A stretch of DNA of 64,000 nucleotides from an uncultured virus (IMG/VR IMGVR_UViG_3300009838_000020) (taxonomy: Duplodnaviria > Heunggongvirae > Uroviricota > Caudoviricetes), in IMG/VR virus record IMGVR_UViG_3300009838_000020; one strand, 5' to 3'. The position numbers were made by a program, and so were the translations under genes. The notes under the pieces are model-generated. The model did no database searches. It saw only the letters and a program-made list of their open reading frames with translations, and was not told the origin of the DNA. How positions within the stretch are numbered: position 1 is the stretch's first letter; every line of letters starts with the position of its first letter. Positions 1 to 9,051 of this stretch are shown here, piece by piece.

Positions 1-161
1 AAAAAACAGCCCGATAAAATCGAGCTGAATTTTCTGGCTGTTTCCCAGTGTAGAATTGTTTCCGTTCTATTGGAGAATTTCTTTCTCCGCATAGCCAATA
101 AACGGTTTGGCGACATCCTTTAACAGCTCCCTGTCGAGTTCTATAATGCTGTCAGGAATAG

Positions 162-233
162 TAGCGTAGGCTGGAATCGAACCAGCGACCTCTGGAATAT
201 GAGTCCAGCAAGCTACCCCTGCTCTACCACGCT
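162..233 (-). tRNA. tRNA-Met (CAT), initiator-like, no encoded CCA
   Basis: Reverse complement folds as a cloverleaf: acceptor AGCGTGG/CTACGCT, D stem GAGC/GCTT, anticodon arm CTGGA-CTCATAT-TCCAG, T arm GCTGG-TTCGATT-CCAGC. Confidence 0.93.
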
Positions 234-287
234 GTATGGTGCAAATATAGATATTTTAATTTATCAAACAATATTTTTATCAAAATA

Positions 288-319
288 TTTGTTATTCTAA
301 ATAATACTTTTTATATTTG
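288..319 (+). promoter_or_regulatory. Bacteroidota-type sigma70 promoter (TTTG-N20-TATATTTG)
   Basis: Matches the -33 TTTG / -7 TAnnTTTG consensus; a divergent TATATTTG on the - strand (242-249) lies upstream of the tRNA. Confidence 0.7.
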
Positions 320-355
320 TCAAACAAAAGGTTATCATTTAATAAAAAGCAAATT

Positions 356-697
356 ATGCCCTATTTAAGCGAAAAAATAATCATTGCCAACACTGAGCAT
401 GACCGAAGAGTAAAAATGTCTCCAGAGCAAAAAATTGAAGCTATTGAGTTGAGAAAAAATGGTGCTACTTATTTGAGCATTGCTAAGGTTTTTGGTGTTT
501 CTAAATCACTAATAATGTTTATCTGCAAGCCAGAGGCTTTAGAGCGAAATTTAGCACTCAGAGAAGAGCGTGGTGGCTGGAAACAATACTACAGCAAAGA
601 GTCTCGTAGAAAGGCTCAAAAAGAAACTAGAAGCCATAAGCAGGGGCTTTTCCTTGAAGGCAAAATAAAAATTGATGAAGAGTTAAATAAATCCTAG
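356..697 (+). CDS. helix-turn-helix DNA-binding protein
   Basis: GATYLSIAKVFGVSKSLI HTH-like motif; ATG at 356 lies downstream of the promoter. Confidence 0.65.
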   Translation: MPYLSEKIIIANTEHDRRVKMSPEQKIEAIELRKNGATYLSIAKVFGVSKSLIMFICKPEALERNLALREERGGWKQYYSKESRRKAQKETRSHKQGLFLEGKIKIDEELNKS

Positions 698-723
698 ATA
701 TTAATATTAAAAACCGAGAAACA

Positions 724-1221
724 ATGAACACAGCACAAAGAAAATTTTTAATTGAAAAGATTACAGAAAAAGCAAAAGCAAGAATTCGAGCCTTAGAACA
801 AAGCAAAGAAACAGCTCCTTCTGCATCAAATTACATTTTTAAGGCTATTTTAAACGGTAAGCTTAAATTACAGCCAGATGAAATTACCCTCAAAGCAATT
901 GAGCAAAAAGCTATCAAAGCAAAAGAGGGCGATAATTGGCTGTCGGAAGAAAGAAATTGGAGTGCAAGCGGAAACTTTATTAAATTAAACCTCACAGACC
1001 TGTTAGTTGTTCCAGAGGATTACTTTATTGAGTTAGAAAAAGTAAAGGCTCACAACCAAGCTATAAACAAAGAAATAGCTGAACTACAAATGCAATTAGA
1101 CACAATGGAAGTCAGAATTCAACTTGCCAGCGATAAAAATCTACAGTCGTTAATTAATGATATTGATGATATGGGCGACGTTAAGTTGGTAGACAGTCAC
1201 TTGAAACTTTTAAACAAATAA
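724..1221 (+). CDS. hypothetical coiled-coil protein
   Basis: 165 aa ORF, helical. Confidence 0.6.
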   Translation: MNTAQRKFLIEKITEKAKARIRALEQSKETAPSASNYIFKAILNGKLKLQPDEITLKAIEQKAIKAKEGDNWLSEERNWSASGNFIKLNLTDLLVVPEDYFIELEKVKAHNQAINKEIAELQMQLDTMEVRIQLASDKNLQSLINDIDDMGDVKLVDSHLKLLNK

Positions 1222-1226
1222 TTATC

Positions 1227-1838
1227 ATGGCAAAATTAGATATGAGCTTTTTACCAGACGGAATTTCTGGTGTGTGGGAAATAACTAGCTTTACAGTTGG
1301 CAAAGAAATTTCTCAATTATTATCGATTATGCAAACTGGCAGAGGAGTTCCAGCTGGTAACTACAAAAAACTGTCAAGAGGCGGTATTGTTGTAATGAGC
1401 AATACCCCAGACGAAATTAGAGACTTTTTACACTTTACTAGCACGGCTAAAGGTTCGGTGTTAATTAACGGCTTAGGATTAGGCTGTGTAGTCAAGGTTT
1501 TGCTTGACAAACCAGAGATTAAAAAAATAACCGTAATTGAGCAATCAAAGGACGTTATTAGATTGGTTTCTCCTTACTTTACAGATAGTCGTTTAGAGAT
1601 TATCCATGCGGACGCTTTCACTTACGAAGTGCCAAAAGACGCACAGTATGATGCCGTTTGGCACGACATCTGGGACAATATTTGCGGTGACAACATAAAA
1701 GAAATGAACCAGCTTCACAAAAAATATAAAAAACACACGCAATGGCAGGATAGCTGGGCAAAAAAACTTTGCCAAAAACACAATAGAGAAGAGAAAAAAT
1801 GGGAAAAAACGAAAATGTTTTTAAATAGATTGTCCTAA
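1227..1838 (+). CDS. SAM-dependent methyltransferase (spermidine synthase-like fold)
   Basis: VLINGLGLG motif I, VIE motif II, IIHADAF, YDAVWHDIW. Confidence 0.75.
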   Translation: MAKLDMSFLPDGISGVWEITSFTVGKEISQLLSIMQTGRGVPAGNYKKLSRGGIVVMSNTPDEIRDFLHFTSTAKGSVLINGLGLGCVVKVLLDKPEIKKITVIEQSKDVIRLVSPYFTDSRLEIIHADAFTYEVPKDAQYDAVWHDIWDNICGDNIKEMNQLHKKYKKHTQWQDSWAKKLCQKHNREEKKWEKTKMFLNRLS

Positions 1839-1839
1839 A

Positions 1840-2076
1840 ATGAGCCTACAATAAATTATAAATATTTTTCCAGAGGAAGAATTTTTAAAAGCAGACGGTT
1901 TTGATGAAGCTATAATTGGTGTTTGCCCACTGTCTTTTCGGATAGCCTACAGCATAACAAAGTGCATAGAAATTTTAGAACGAGAAATGAGCACAGAAGA
2001 TGCACATGAGTATTTTAATTTCAATGTTATAGGGTCTAGTGTTGGAGAAAAAACTCCTATTTTTTTGTACATGTAA
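1840..2076 (+). pseudogene. conserved phage hypothetical protein with in-frame TAA at codon 5
   Basis: Reads MSLQ*IINIFPEEEFLKADGFDEAIIGV...YFNFNVIGSSVGEKTPIFLYM*; missing from the ORF track. Confidence 0.6.
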
Positions 2077-2116
2077 CTTTTAATAAAAAATATATTGTAT
2101 TATTAATAATATTATT

Positions 2117-2124
2117 TATATTTG
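2117..2124 (+). promoter_or_regulatory. Bacteroidota -7 promoter element TATATTTG
   Basis: Intergenic, 25 nt before ATG 2150; the same 8-mer recurs at 312, 5463, 14289, 16439 and 59452. Confidence 0.65.
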
Positions 2125-2149
2125 TGTATAATTTAAAAAATGTAGTAAC

Positions 2150-2575
2150 ATGGCAAACATTGTAGAAGTAATTTTTGATGACGGAGAGGTTATCAGCATT
2201 GGCGAAATTAAGCCGTTTAAGTCCTCAGATAATCCCGCAGAAAACAGACAGAACCAGAGAATTTATATGCGTCAATTTTCAAAATTTCAAAAAGAAGTTT
2301 TAGAACATTTTGATAATGATATTTTGACCGAATATGCAAAAGACTGGCTTGACTTAATTGAAGAAGGCGAATGTGATTGCGAAGAAAAAACAATTGAAGA
2401 TTTTGATAGCGAGGAATTAATGAGCGAATTAAAAAGCCGTAATCTTATGCCAGCCCAAACTATTGTAAATGAATTGTTTTTACAGCGTTTCGCAAAAATT
2501 TCTAGCATTTCTAATCCGCTAGAAATAGATTCCATACTAACTGAATTAGAAACTAAACTTAAAATTTTCGCATGA
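2150..2575 (+). CDS. hypothetical protein
   Basis: 141 aa ORF after promoter. Confidence 0.6.
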   Translation: MANIVEVIFDDGEVISIGEIKPFKSSDNPAENRQNQRIYMRQFSKFQKEVLEHFDNDILTEYAKDWLDLIEEGECDCEEKTIEDFDSEELMSELKSRNLMPAQTIVNELFLQRFAKISSISNPLEIDSILTELETKLKIFA

Positions 2576-3048
2576 GCAAAAAAATCTATTTAAGCGGTAA
2601 AATAACTGGTATTGAAGTTGAGGCAATTGACATTTTTGAAAATGCTGAAATACTACTTTCAACTATGGGCTACAAAGTCGTAAACCCGATGAAACTAAAT
2701 CACAACCACGACAAAGACTGGCACAGCTACATGAAGGTTGATATTAAGGAATTATGCGACTGTGACGAAATTTACATGCTTCAAAACTGGACAGACAGCA
2801 AAGGAGCTATTATCGAGCACACTATTGCTTTATGGCTGGGTCTAAAGATTATTTACGAGCCAAAACCCGAAGACGCTACGGTTATGATATTTGTAACGCT
2901 TGACGGAACTTTTGAAGTTGTAGAGTGCTGGAGGACTAAATATAAAGGCTATTCACATGGAGAAAGAGCTATGGCGGACGGTTTTGCTAGCTACGAAAAA
3001 GCGTCTGAGTTTTGTTTTAAAAGAAATTTAAAAGTAATTAAACAATGA
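2572..3048 (+). CDS. DUF4406-like (nucleoside 2-deoxyribosyltransferase-like) protein
   Basis: KIYLSGKITG...VVNP...L.DCDEIYMLQNWTDSKGAIIEH motif pattern. Confidence 0.75.
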   Translation: MSKKIYLSGKITGIEVEAIDIFENAEILLSTMGYKVVNPMKLNHNHDKDWHSYMKVDIKELCDCDEIYMLQNWTDSKGAIIEHTIALWLGLKIIYEPKPEDATVMIFVTLDGTFEVVECWRTKYKGYSHGERAMADGFASYEKASEFCFKRNLKVIKQ

Positions 3049-3494
3049 AAGATTTAAAAAAATTCACATCAAAAGAGGTTATTTTTTGCTCAAATTATTT
3101 GGAAGTTTTGGCAATTGCAAAGCAGATGCACGATGCAAAAATTAATTGGTACAACACCGAACCGTTTTTTTACCAAAACAATTTTAATGCAATCAATGTT
3201 GAGTTAATCAAGGAGCTAATTGATTCAAATGATTTTGTTTGGATACCGAAAAAAAACATGTACTACAGTTTAGCGAAAGCAAAAAATGCAGGTTGCTTTG
3301 TACACCTTGCTATCGACTATATTGACCCAGATGCCGACTACGAATTTGGCGGTTCTATTTCTCCAGAAGTTTATGTGTCAAAAAGCTATTATCCTAAAAA
3401 TTGGATTGGCGGACAGCGATTAAAAGGAACAATGGGCTATCTTAATTGGAAGTATGCGGTTTTGTCTCCATGCGAATTTGGTAATGTTTTGTAG
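3045..3494 (+). CDS. hypothetical protein
   Basis: 149 aa ORF, ATGA overlap with the upstream gene. Confidence 0.55.
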   Translation: MKDLKKFTSKEVIFCSNYLEVLAIAKQMHDAKINWYNTEPFFYQNNFNAINVELIKELIDSNDFVWIPKKNMYYSLAKAKNAGCFVHLAIDYIDPDADYEFGGSISPEVYVSKSYYPKNWIGGQRLKGTMGYLNWKYAVLSPCEFGNVL

Positions 3495-3549
3495 TTTTGT
3501 AGATTATGACTCAAAATTTAGTATTTTTGAGCTTTAATCCCTTATTATT

Positions 3550-3792
3550 ATGAACGCAAGTACGAAAAAAATAATTGTTTATTCATTTGTAGCATTAGCT
3601 TCTGGCGGAGTTATTTACTTTATTGCTAGCTTTTTTAAAAAGGATAGCATTACAGTCGGAAACACCACTGTAGAACTGGATTCCGAAGAAAAAGAAACTA
3701 TTCCTGCTCAGTTGCAAATTAAGAACAATTTTTTTGCAGACAAGTTAGCTGAAAGCCAAGAGACCATGAAAGAGTTGTGGTCATCTAAGTAA
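3550..3792 (+). CDS. small N-terminally anchored membrane protein
   Basis: KKIIVYSFVALASGGVIYFIASFFKK hydrophobic segment, similar in style to late-region membrane proteins. Confidence 0.6.
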   Translation: MNASTKKIIVYSFVALASGGVIYFIASFFKKDSITVGNTTVELDSEEKETIPAQLQIKNNFFADKLAESQETMKELWSSK

Positions 3793-3810
3793 GCTTTTTA
3801 ATTACTGATT

Positions 3811-3847
3811 TTTTTTAAAAGGGTGAAGCTTTTTGCCCTTTTAAAAA
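3811..3847. terminator. intrinsic terminator-like hairpin
   Basis: AAAAGGGT...GCCCTTTT stem flanked by T/A runs. Confidence 0.45.
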
Positions 3848-3890
3848 TTTTATTGCCTACAACCAAGCAAACACATAAATACAACAAACA

Positions 3891-4829
3891 ATGAAAAAAA
3901 ATTTTTCATTAAAGATTTTTAATCTACTTACCCGACGTGTTTTTCTAATTTCTAAAAAAAGAAAATATGGTTGGAGCTGGCAAGACTGCCAACGCTGGAC
4001 ATCTACATTTTTATTTCAAAAATACAAAGGACAAAAGCTATCTAAAATTAAAGTTACCCAAGTTGACCAAGTCATCAAAGACATGCTCGATAAGGGAATG
4101 GATGTTTTACCTGCAAAAAAACAAAAAGGTCAGAAAGCAGGTGCGGTTTCTTATGCAGGTCAGCCCAAACAGCTACAAAATTGTGCTAATGCCTTAGAGC
4201 TTACTCCAGCAGACTTATTTAGTGTAGAATGGTGGAATATTGCAAACAGCGAGGTTTGGTTTCGGTTTGAAGATAACTTACCAATGCGTGTTGCCTTCGA
4301 TAATGTGGTTGATACTGGTGTCGTTTTTAAAAAGGATTTGCCTGAAATGTTGGGTATTCGTGAGAGTTTAAGAAAAGCTTTAGGCGGTGAATACCCAGAT
4401 GTTGTGTTTAAGGTTCTTGTAAAACAAGGGTCAAAAGACGATGGGAAACCCTGCTCTTATTACGTTTTAGTAACCACAGAAAATAGCTCTTTTGATACCG
4501 ACAATCCAGAGGAAATAACAGCCTTAACTAGTATTGGTAGCCTTAGTCCCGAAAATATTGAAGAAAAACAGCGTCGTTTAGAGTTGCAAAAACAAAGAAG
4601 GGCTGAGAATGAATTGCTGGAAAAAGCCAAAAAGAGAGAGAGACCAAAACAAGTAGAGCCGAAACAAACCGAAGAAAAGAAAAAGCTACCAGTTGGTGTT
4701 TATAAGGAGCTTACAAAAATCCTTAAAATGCTAGAGCGTCAATATAAAGAGGGTATATTAACCAGAAAAGAATTTTTGAGTCGTCAACAAATTATTTTAG
4801 ATAAACTTGACAAAGGAGGTGTAATCTAA
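3891..4829 (+). CDS. hypothetical protein ending in LDKGGVI motif
   Basis: 312 aa ORF; C-terminal xxGG motif as in the late-region proteins. Confidence 0.6.
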   Translation: MKKNFSLKIFNLLTRRVFLISKKRKYGWSWQDCQRWTSTFLFQKYKGQKLSKIKVTQVDQVIKDMLDKGMDVLPAKKQKGQKAGAVSYAGQPKQLQNCANALELTPADLFSVEWWNIANSEVWFRFEDNLPMRVAFDNVVDTGVVFKKDLPEMLGIRESLRKALGGEYPDVVFKVLVKQGSKDDGKPCSYYVLVTTENSSFDTDNPEEITALTSIGSLSPENIEEKQRRLELQKQRRAENELLEKAKKRERPKQVEPKQTEEKKKLPVGVYKELTKILKMLERQYKEGILTRKEFLSRQQIILDKLDKGGVI

Positions 4830-4851
4830 CAACCAACTAACAAACAAACAA

Positions 4852-5397
4852 ATGGACAAACACATCGAACTTGCTAAAAAACTAAAACAGCTGGCAGACA
4901 AAGGTATTGGAGGCGAGAAAATTAATGCCGAGCAAATGCTTAACAACCTTTTAAAAAAACACAACCTTACTTTAGAGGACATCGAAGACGAGGTCAAACA
5001 AGACTTTTTTCTACAGTTCACAGACCCGTATCAATGGAAGCTTTTTAGTCAAATTACAGCGTTAATAGACCCAAATATTCCTAAATACGGTAAGTTTCCG
5101 CAAAATGTTATTAAAACACATCGTTTGAGAGGCAACTACATGATTACATGTACTGTGTCTCAATTTATTGAAATTCAAGCGATGCACGAATTTTATTTTA
5201 GGCTTTACATAAGCGAGCTTGATGTTTTTTACACTGGTTTTTTACACGCAAACAAGCTATTGTTGCCACCAGATGCCGACCAAAAGCCCGAAGACCTTTC
5301 AGACGAAGAGCTAGAAAAAGAGCTACGAATTCGCAAGCTATCACAAAGCATTCAAAGCGAGCAATTCCGCAAACAACTTGAACAGAACAACAACTAA
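4852..5397 (+). CDS. DUF2786-like protein
   Basis: N-terminal KKLKQLADKGIGGEKINAEQMLNNLLKKHNL pattern. Confidence 0.55.
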   Translation: MDKHIELAKKLKQLADKGIGGEKINAEQMLNNLLKKHNLTLEDIEDEVKQDFFLQFTDPYQWKLFSQITALIDPNIPKYGKFPQNVIKTHRLRGNYMITCTVSQFIEIQAMHEFYFRLYISELDVFYTGFLHANKLLLPPDADQKPEDLSDEELEKELRIRKLSQSIQSEQFRKQLEQNNN

Positions 5398-5512
5398 AAA
5401 AGCTTTTTTTGTGAGGACAAAAATAAAATACTAAAAATATTTTGTATTAATTAAAATATGTTTATATTTGTGTAGCAAACAACAAATCATTTTTAATTTA
5501 ATACTTTACATT

Positions 5513-5842
5513 ATGCACAAAGAAGTTAACCCAGTTGATGTTTTAGACTACTTTACACTAGAAACCATTGATGTTGTCAAACAAAAAGTTGCTGAAAAAA
5601 TTTTCAAAGATGTTCCCAAAAATCGTGTAGTTGAAGGTGCGGTTGCCTTTGCGGATGTTCCAATGAAAAACAACGCTCCAGTTAATCTTTTTTTTGAATA
5701 TAGGGCTATAGACAAAGAAAACAGTCTATGTATTATGGAGATTACTTGTATAATAATCTACACTGATATTCCAGATGTTGTTTTAGACAAGTATAATTTT
5801 CACAAAAAACAAGCAGAAAAATACAGAAACAATGAAAGTTAG
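5513..5842 (+). CDS. hypothetical protein
   Basis: ATG at 5513 follows the TATATTTG at 5463. Confidence 0.55.
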   Translation: MHKEVNPVDVLDYFTLETIDVVKQKVAEKIFKDVPKNRVVEGAVAFADVPMKNNAPVNLFFEYRAIDKENSLCIMEITCIIIYTDIPDVVLDKYNFHKKQAEKYRNNES

Positions 5843-6311
5843 AAAAATAGATTTCAGAAAAGAGCTGTCTCGGTTTGGATACAACTCAGGAAATGCAGTA
5901 GATGTAGATGTCTTAGTCAATCAAATTTTACCTAAAATTTATGAACGGGAGTTGATTATTATAATACAACTGAAAATGTTGTTGGAAATGGATGAGAAAA
6001 AAATCAAATGTCTGGAACTAAGTAGGATAAATGATAGAATAAATCATAGTGTAATGGACGCACTCAAAAAAAACACTATGGACTTTAGAGAAGAGCTGGC
6101 TATTTGGGGCTACAATGAAGGTAATTCGGTAGATGTAAAAATTTTACTAGACGAGATTTTACCTAAAATTTATGCTGAAATGTATGGAAAAGAAGATTTG
6201 AAGTCTTACGGAGAGTTTTGTGTAGCCAAATTTAACGACAAGAAAAAGGTTTCTTTAGTAGAAGAGTATTTTCAACAGTGGGTGAAACAATTTAAAAACA
6301 AACAACCATGA
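5832..6311 (+). CDS. hypothetical protein with an internal 31-aa duplication
   Basis: DFRKELSRFGYNSGNAVDVDVLVNQILPKIY and DFREELAIWGYNEGNSVDVKILLDEILPKIY. Confidence 0.6.
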   Translation: MKVRKIDFRKELSRFGYNSGNAVDVDVLVNQILPKIYERELIIIIQLKMLLEMDEKKIKCLELSRINDRINHSVMDALKKNTMDFREELAIWGYNEGNSVDVKILLDEILPKIYAEMYGKEDLKSYGEFCVAKFNDKKKVSLVEEYFQQWVKQFKNKQP

Positions 6312-6595
6312 CCATACATTATTTAAAAACAGCCCCAGAGTATTTTGAAAAATGCTGGCTACAAGAAAAAAAATTTGAAGTTCGTAAAAACGACCGAAAC
6401 TTTAAGTTGGGTGATTATGTCTGTTTAAAAGAATATGACTCACAAAAAAACTTGTTTACAGGGCGTAGGTTGATGACTGTTATAACTTATATTTTACAGA
6501 AATTTATAGCGTTAGACCCTTCTTATGTTGCTTTTTCTTTTAGAATTACTCAGCATATTGAAGGACTGCCTTATGAAAACACCATCAATGAATGA
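6308..6595 (+). CDS. DUF3850/ASCH-domain protein
   Basis: HYLKTAPEYF...KKFEVRKNDRNFKLGDYVCLKEYD...TGR...ITYI. Confidence 0.8.
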   Translation: MTIHYLKTAPEYFEKCWLQEKKFEVRKNDRNFKLGDYVCLKEYDSQKNLFTGRRLMTVITYILQKFIALDPSYVAFSFRITQHIEGLPYENTINE

Positions 6596-6669
6596 AATAT
6601 CATTCATAAAATTACAAAAACACAAATAAAACATTGTATATCATACGTTAACAACTAAAAACTAAAAAA

Positions 6670-6906
6670 ATGAAAAAAACAAAAATTCAAGAAAACTGGA
6701 AAATGATTAACGATGCCGAAAAAGCAGTTCAAGAACAAACTGGAGACCCAAAGGCAGGGTTTGTTGGTTCGTCTTTTTCTATGGAGGGCTTATATTTAGC
6801 AATCCCGTGCATACACAGTCATAAAACAGTGGAAAAGGGCGGAAGAAAATTGACAACAGGTGCAAAACAAACTTTAAATTTAACCCTAAACCCAGCTATT
6901 GTGTAG
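6670..6906 (+). CDS. hypothetical protein, probably truncated by the cassette array
   Basis: The last ~14 codons are the right half of a cassette site. Confidence 0.45.
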   Translation: MKKTKIQENWKMINDAEKAVQEQTGDPKAGFVGSSFSMEGLYLAIPCIHSHKTVEKGGRKLTTGAKQTLNLTLNPAIV

Positions 6907-6940
6907 CATATGTTACTGGCTGTGTTTTTAATTCACAACA

Positions 6941-7357
6941 ATGTATTTAGACCATAAAATTATTAGAGAATTTGAAGAATCAAATGGTTACAAAACTATT
7001 ATTGATAAAAATATCCAAATTGGTAAGTTTTTAGGATTTGAACCTGAAATTGAATGGATGGTAGGAACTGATGAAAGTTCTTGTTTTCATCCTAAATCTT
7101 GCGGATATAACGATACTGGAAGTCAAAAAGTAATTGCAGAAAAATGGCTTAATGAACAAAAAGAAAAATACCCAAATGGATGGGTTATAAAAGAAGGAAA
7201 TCAAGTTATAAAAAGAGAGTATTTTCCAAACTTTCATACTGATTGGAATCATTTAATGGAATGCGTGAAACGATTAAAACTACTAGGAATTGAAATAAAT
7301 ATATTTTCGGATAATATTTTTCAAACTTGGTATGAGGTTTCGCAACATAGCCAGTAA
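6941..7357 (+). CDS. cassette 1 hypothetical protein
   Basis: Flanked by GTTACTGGCTGTG (6912) and CATAGCCAGTAAC (7346-7358); the stop is the TAA of TAAC. Confidence 0.7.
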   Translation: MYLDHKIIREFEESNGYKTIIDKNIQIGKFLGFEPEIEWMVGTDESSCFHPKSCGYNDTGSQKVIAEKWLNEQKEKYPNGWVIKEGNQVIKREYFPNFHTDWNHLMECVKRLKLLGIEINIFSDNIFQTWYEVSQHSQ

Positions 7358-7481
7358 CGTCCGAGTGCTTGGCGAATAAGCGGTAAAAAATGCGTAAACT
7401 TTCAATTAAGCACCAAACTAACGAAGAAAAAACAAACTTTAAATTAATAACCGAACCCGCTTTTTTGCCAAACACTTGTTA
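7355..7481. repeat. attC-like hairpin site 1 (127 bp)
   Basis: TAAC-GTCCG-AGTGCTTGGCGAATAAGCGG...CCGCTTTTTTGCCAAACACT-T-GTTA. Confidence 0.8.
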
Positions 7482-7514
7482 TGTGAGGTTGTGGGTTTTT
7501 AAAACAAAATGTAA

Positions 7515-7691
7515 ATGAAAGAAACATTTGAAAGCTATTTGCAAAGATTAAAAGATAGACGAACCGAAGATAATTATAAATATACTGATGAAGATTTTGA
7601 AAAGTACAAAAATTACATACGTGATTGTTGGCTTACTAATTTAAGCGTTTACAAATGTTTGGAATTTATGTACTTTGAAATTCAATCGTAA
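7515..7691 (+). CDS. cassette 2 hypothetical protein (58 aa)
   Basis: MKETFESYLQRLKDRR...FEIQS*; flanked by GTTATGTGAGGTTGT / ACAATCTCACATAAC. Confidence 0.65.
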   Translation: MKETFESYLQRLKDRRTEDNYKYTDEDFEKYKNYIRDCWLTNLSVYKCLEFMYFEIQS

Positions 7692-7701
7692 CAATCTCAC
7701 A

Positions 7702-7827
7702 TAACGGTCTGGCGGTTGGCGACAGGCGGGATTTTGAAAAACTAAATTTGATACAAGATGAAAAGATTATTTGAAAAACTAAAGTTGATGTTTGCACGTC
7801 AGCCCCGCTTGCGCCAAACGTGTGTTA
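7702..7827. repeat. attC-like hairpin site 2 (126 bp)
   Basis: TAAC-GGTCTG-GCGGTTGGCGACAGGCGGG...CCCGCTTGCGCCAAACGT-GT-GTTA. Confidence 0.8.
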
Positions 7828-8060
7828 GTGGCTGTTGTTCTACCGAATTTGAACAACACTACAAACATTCTCATACAGATGCTATTGCTTTTGTAAGCAA
7901 GTTGCATCACAAAGATTTGTATGAAGTCCTTGACTTGGTAAGTGGTCAATGGATAAAACAGAACTACACTTACTTGGAAGATAATAATGAGCAGGAAACG
8001 ACACAAAAAATGTTACACGGTTTTCGTATGGGATGGTTGCGTCCTTACAATAGCCGATAA
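7758..8060 (+). CDS. cassette 3 hypothetical protein, starts inside the hairpin loop
   Basis: ATG lies in the site-2 loop, the frame reads through the GTTA box, and the stop is the TAA of TAAC. Confidence 0.65.
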   Translation: MKRLFEKLKLMFARQPRLRQTCVSGCCSTEFEQHYKHSHTDAIAFVSKLHHKDLYEVLDLVSGQWIKQNYTYLEDNNEQETTQKMLHGFRMGWLRPYNSR

Positions 8061-8184
8061 CGTTTCTCGGCTTTGCTTTGTTGCGGAAAAGTAAGCCAAA
8101 AACTTTGAATTAAAAACAAAAATAACAAATATAAACAGAACATTCAGTTATGCCCGAAACCGCAATAGAGCAAAACCGATGTTA
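8058..8184. repeat. attC-like hairpin site 3 (127 bp)
   Basis: TAAC-GTTTC-TCGGCTTTGCTTTGTTGCGG...CCGCAATAGAGCAAAACCGA-T-GTTA. Confidence 0.8.
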
Positions 8185-8197
8185 TAAGTAGCTTTTT

Positions 8198-8407
8198 ATG
8201 GAAGATATATTGATTGAATTTCAAATTTACCTTAATAACAAAAAACTAATTAATAATCACGATTGGGACTTTGAAAAAGAGGCTAAAAAATTTATAAAAC
8301 AAAGAGTTGTTAAACCTCAAAAATGTAAATGCAGAAAAGCAACTTTTACAAGAACTGTTGATGCTGATTTTAATTGTCTTTGTGGCAAATGTGGTCATCC
8401 GATATAG
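8198..8407 (+). CDS. cassette 4 small Cys-containing (zinc-ribbon-like) protein
   Basis: CKC...CGKCGH; flanked by GTTATAAGTAGCTTT / AAAGTTACTTATAAC. Confidence 0.6.
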   Translation: MEDILIEFQIYLNNKKLINNHDWDFEKEAKKFIKQRVVKPQKCKCRKATFTRTVDADFNCLCGKCGHPI

Positions 8408-8425
8408 TTCGTTTAAAGTTACTTA

Positions 8426-8551
8426 TAACGTTAAAGCATATATTTCAGTAGCGTAAAAGTAAACAACAAAGTAAAAATTAAACAATTAATAGCCAAACAC
8501 ACACTAACATTAAATTAAGCGTATAGTAGCTATTGAATATATGCAGTGTTA
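8426..8551. repeat. attC-like hairpin site 4 (126 bp)
   Basis: TAAC-GTTAAA-GCATATATTTCAGTAGC...GCTATTGAATATATGC-AGT-GTTA. Confidence 0.8.
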
Positions 8552-8578
8552 GTAGCTGTGTTTTTATCCACAAAAATT

Positions 8579-8896
8579 ATGAATACAAATGAATTTATTT
8601 TACCGATTATTTTAGTTTCTATTTTACTAATTATGATAGTAATAGGAAATATCAAAAAACGTGCTTTTCTGAAAGGTTATAAAAAAGCGGAATTTGATAT
8701 AACGTCAAGTATGTTAGATAATGCAACTTGGTTTGGAGGTAGACCTATATTTTACAATACACTTTATTTGTTTGCTGTTAAATACAGAAAATACGGATAC
8801 GTTTCTGCAAGCAGATTTCGTGATGATATTTTAGAAGTTGACCACGAAAAAAGAGTTACAGATTTACCTAAAGAAGAACTTGAACGTATTGTTTAG
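8579..8896 (+). CDS. cassette 5 membrane-anchored hypothetical protein
   Basis: N-terminal TM FILPIILVSILLIMIVIG; flanked by GTTAGTAGCTGTGTT / AACATAGCTACTAAC. Confidence 0.65.
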   Translation: MNTNEFILPIILVSILLIMIVIGNIKKRAFLKGYKKAEFDITSSMLDNATWFGGRPIFYNTLYLFAVKYRKYGYVSASRFRDDILEVDHEKRVTDLPKEELERIV

Positions 8897-8909
8897 GTAA
8901 CATAGCTAC

Positions 8910-9036
8910 TAACGGTTCGTGGCTTTGCTTAGTGGCTGAAAAGCAAGCCTAAATTATTGAATTAAAAACAAATTTTACAAACACAAAACAGTGTTTAAAT
9001 TTTGCCCGAAACAGCCATTGAGCAAAGCCACTGTTA
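8910..9036. repeat. attC-like hairpin site 5 (127 bp)
   Basis: TAAC-GGTTC-GTGGCTTTGCTTAGTGGCTG...CAGCCATTGAGCAAAGCCAC-T-GTTA. Confidence 0.8.
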
Positions 9037-9051
9037 TAACTTCGGCTTATT

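Noticed and set aside
1852..1854. Stop-codon reassignment (alternative genetic code)
   Set aside because: Single case; genes elsewhere are long and tightly packed under the standard code and mostly end in TAA.
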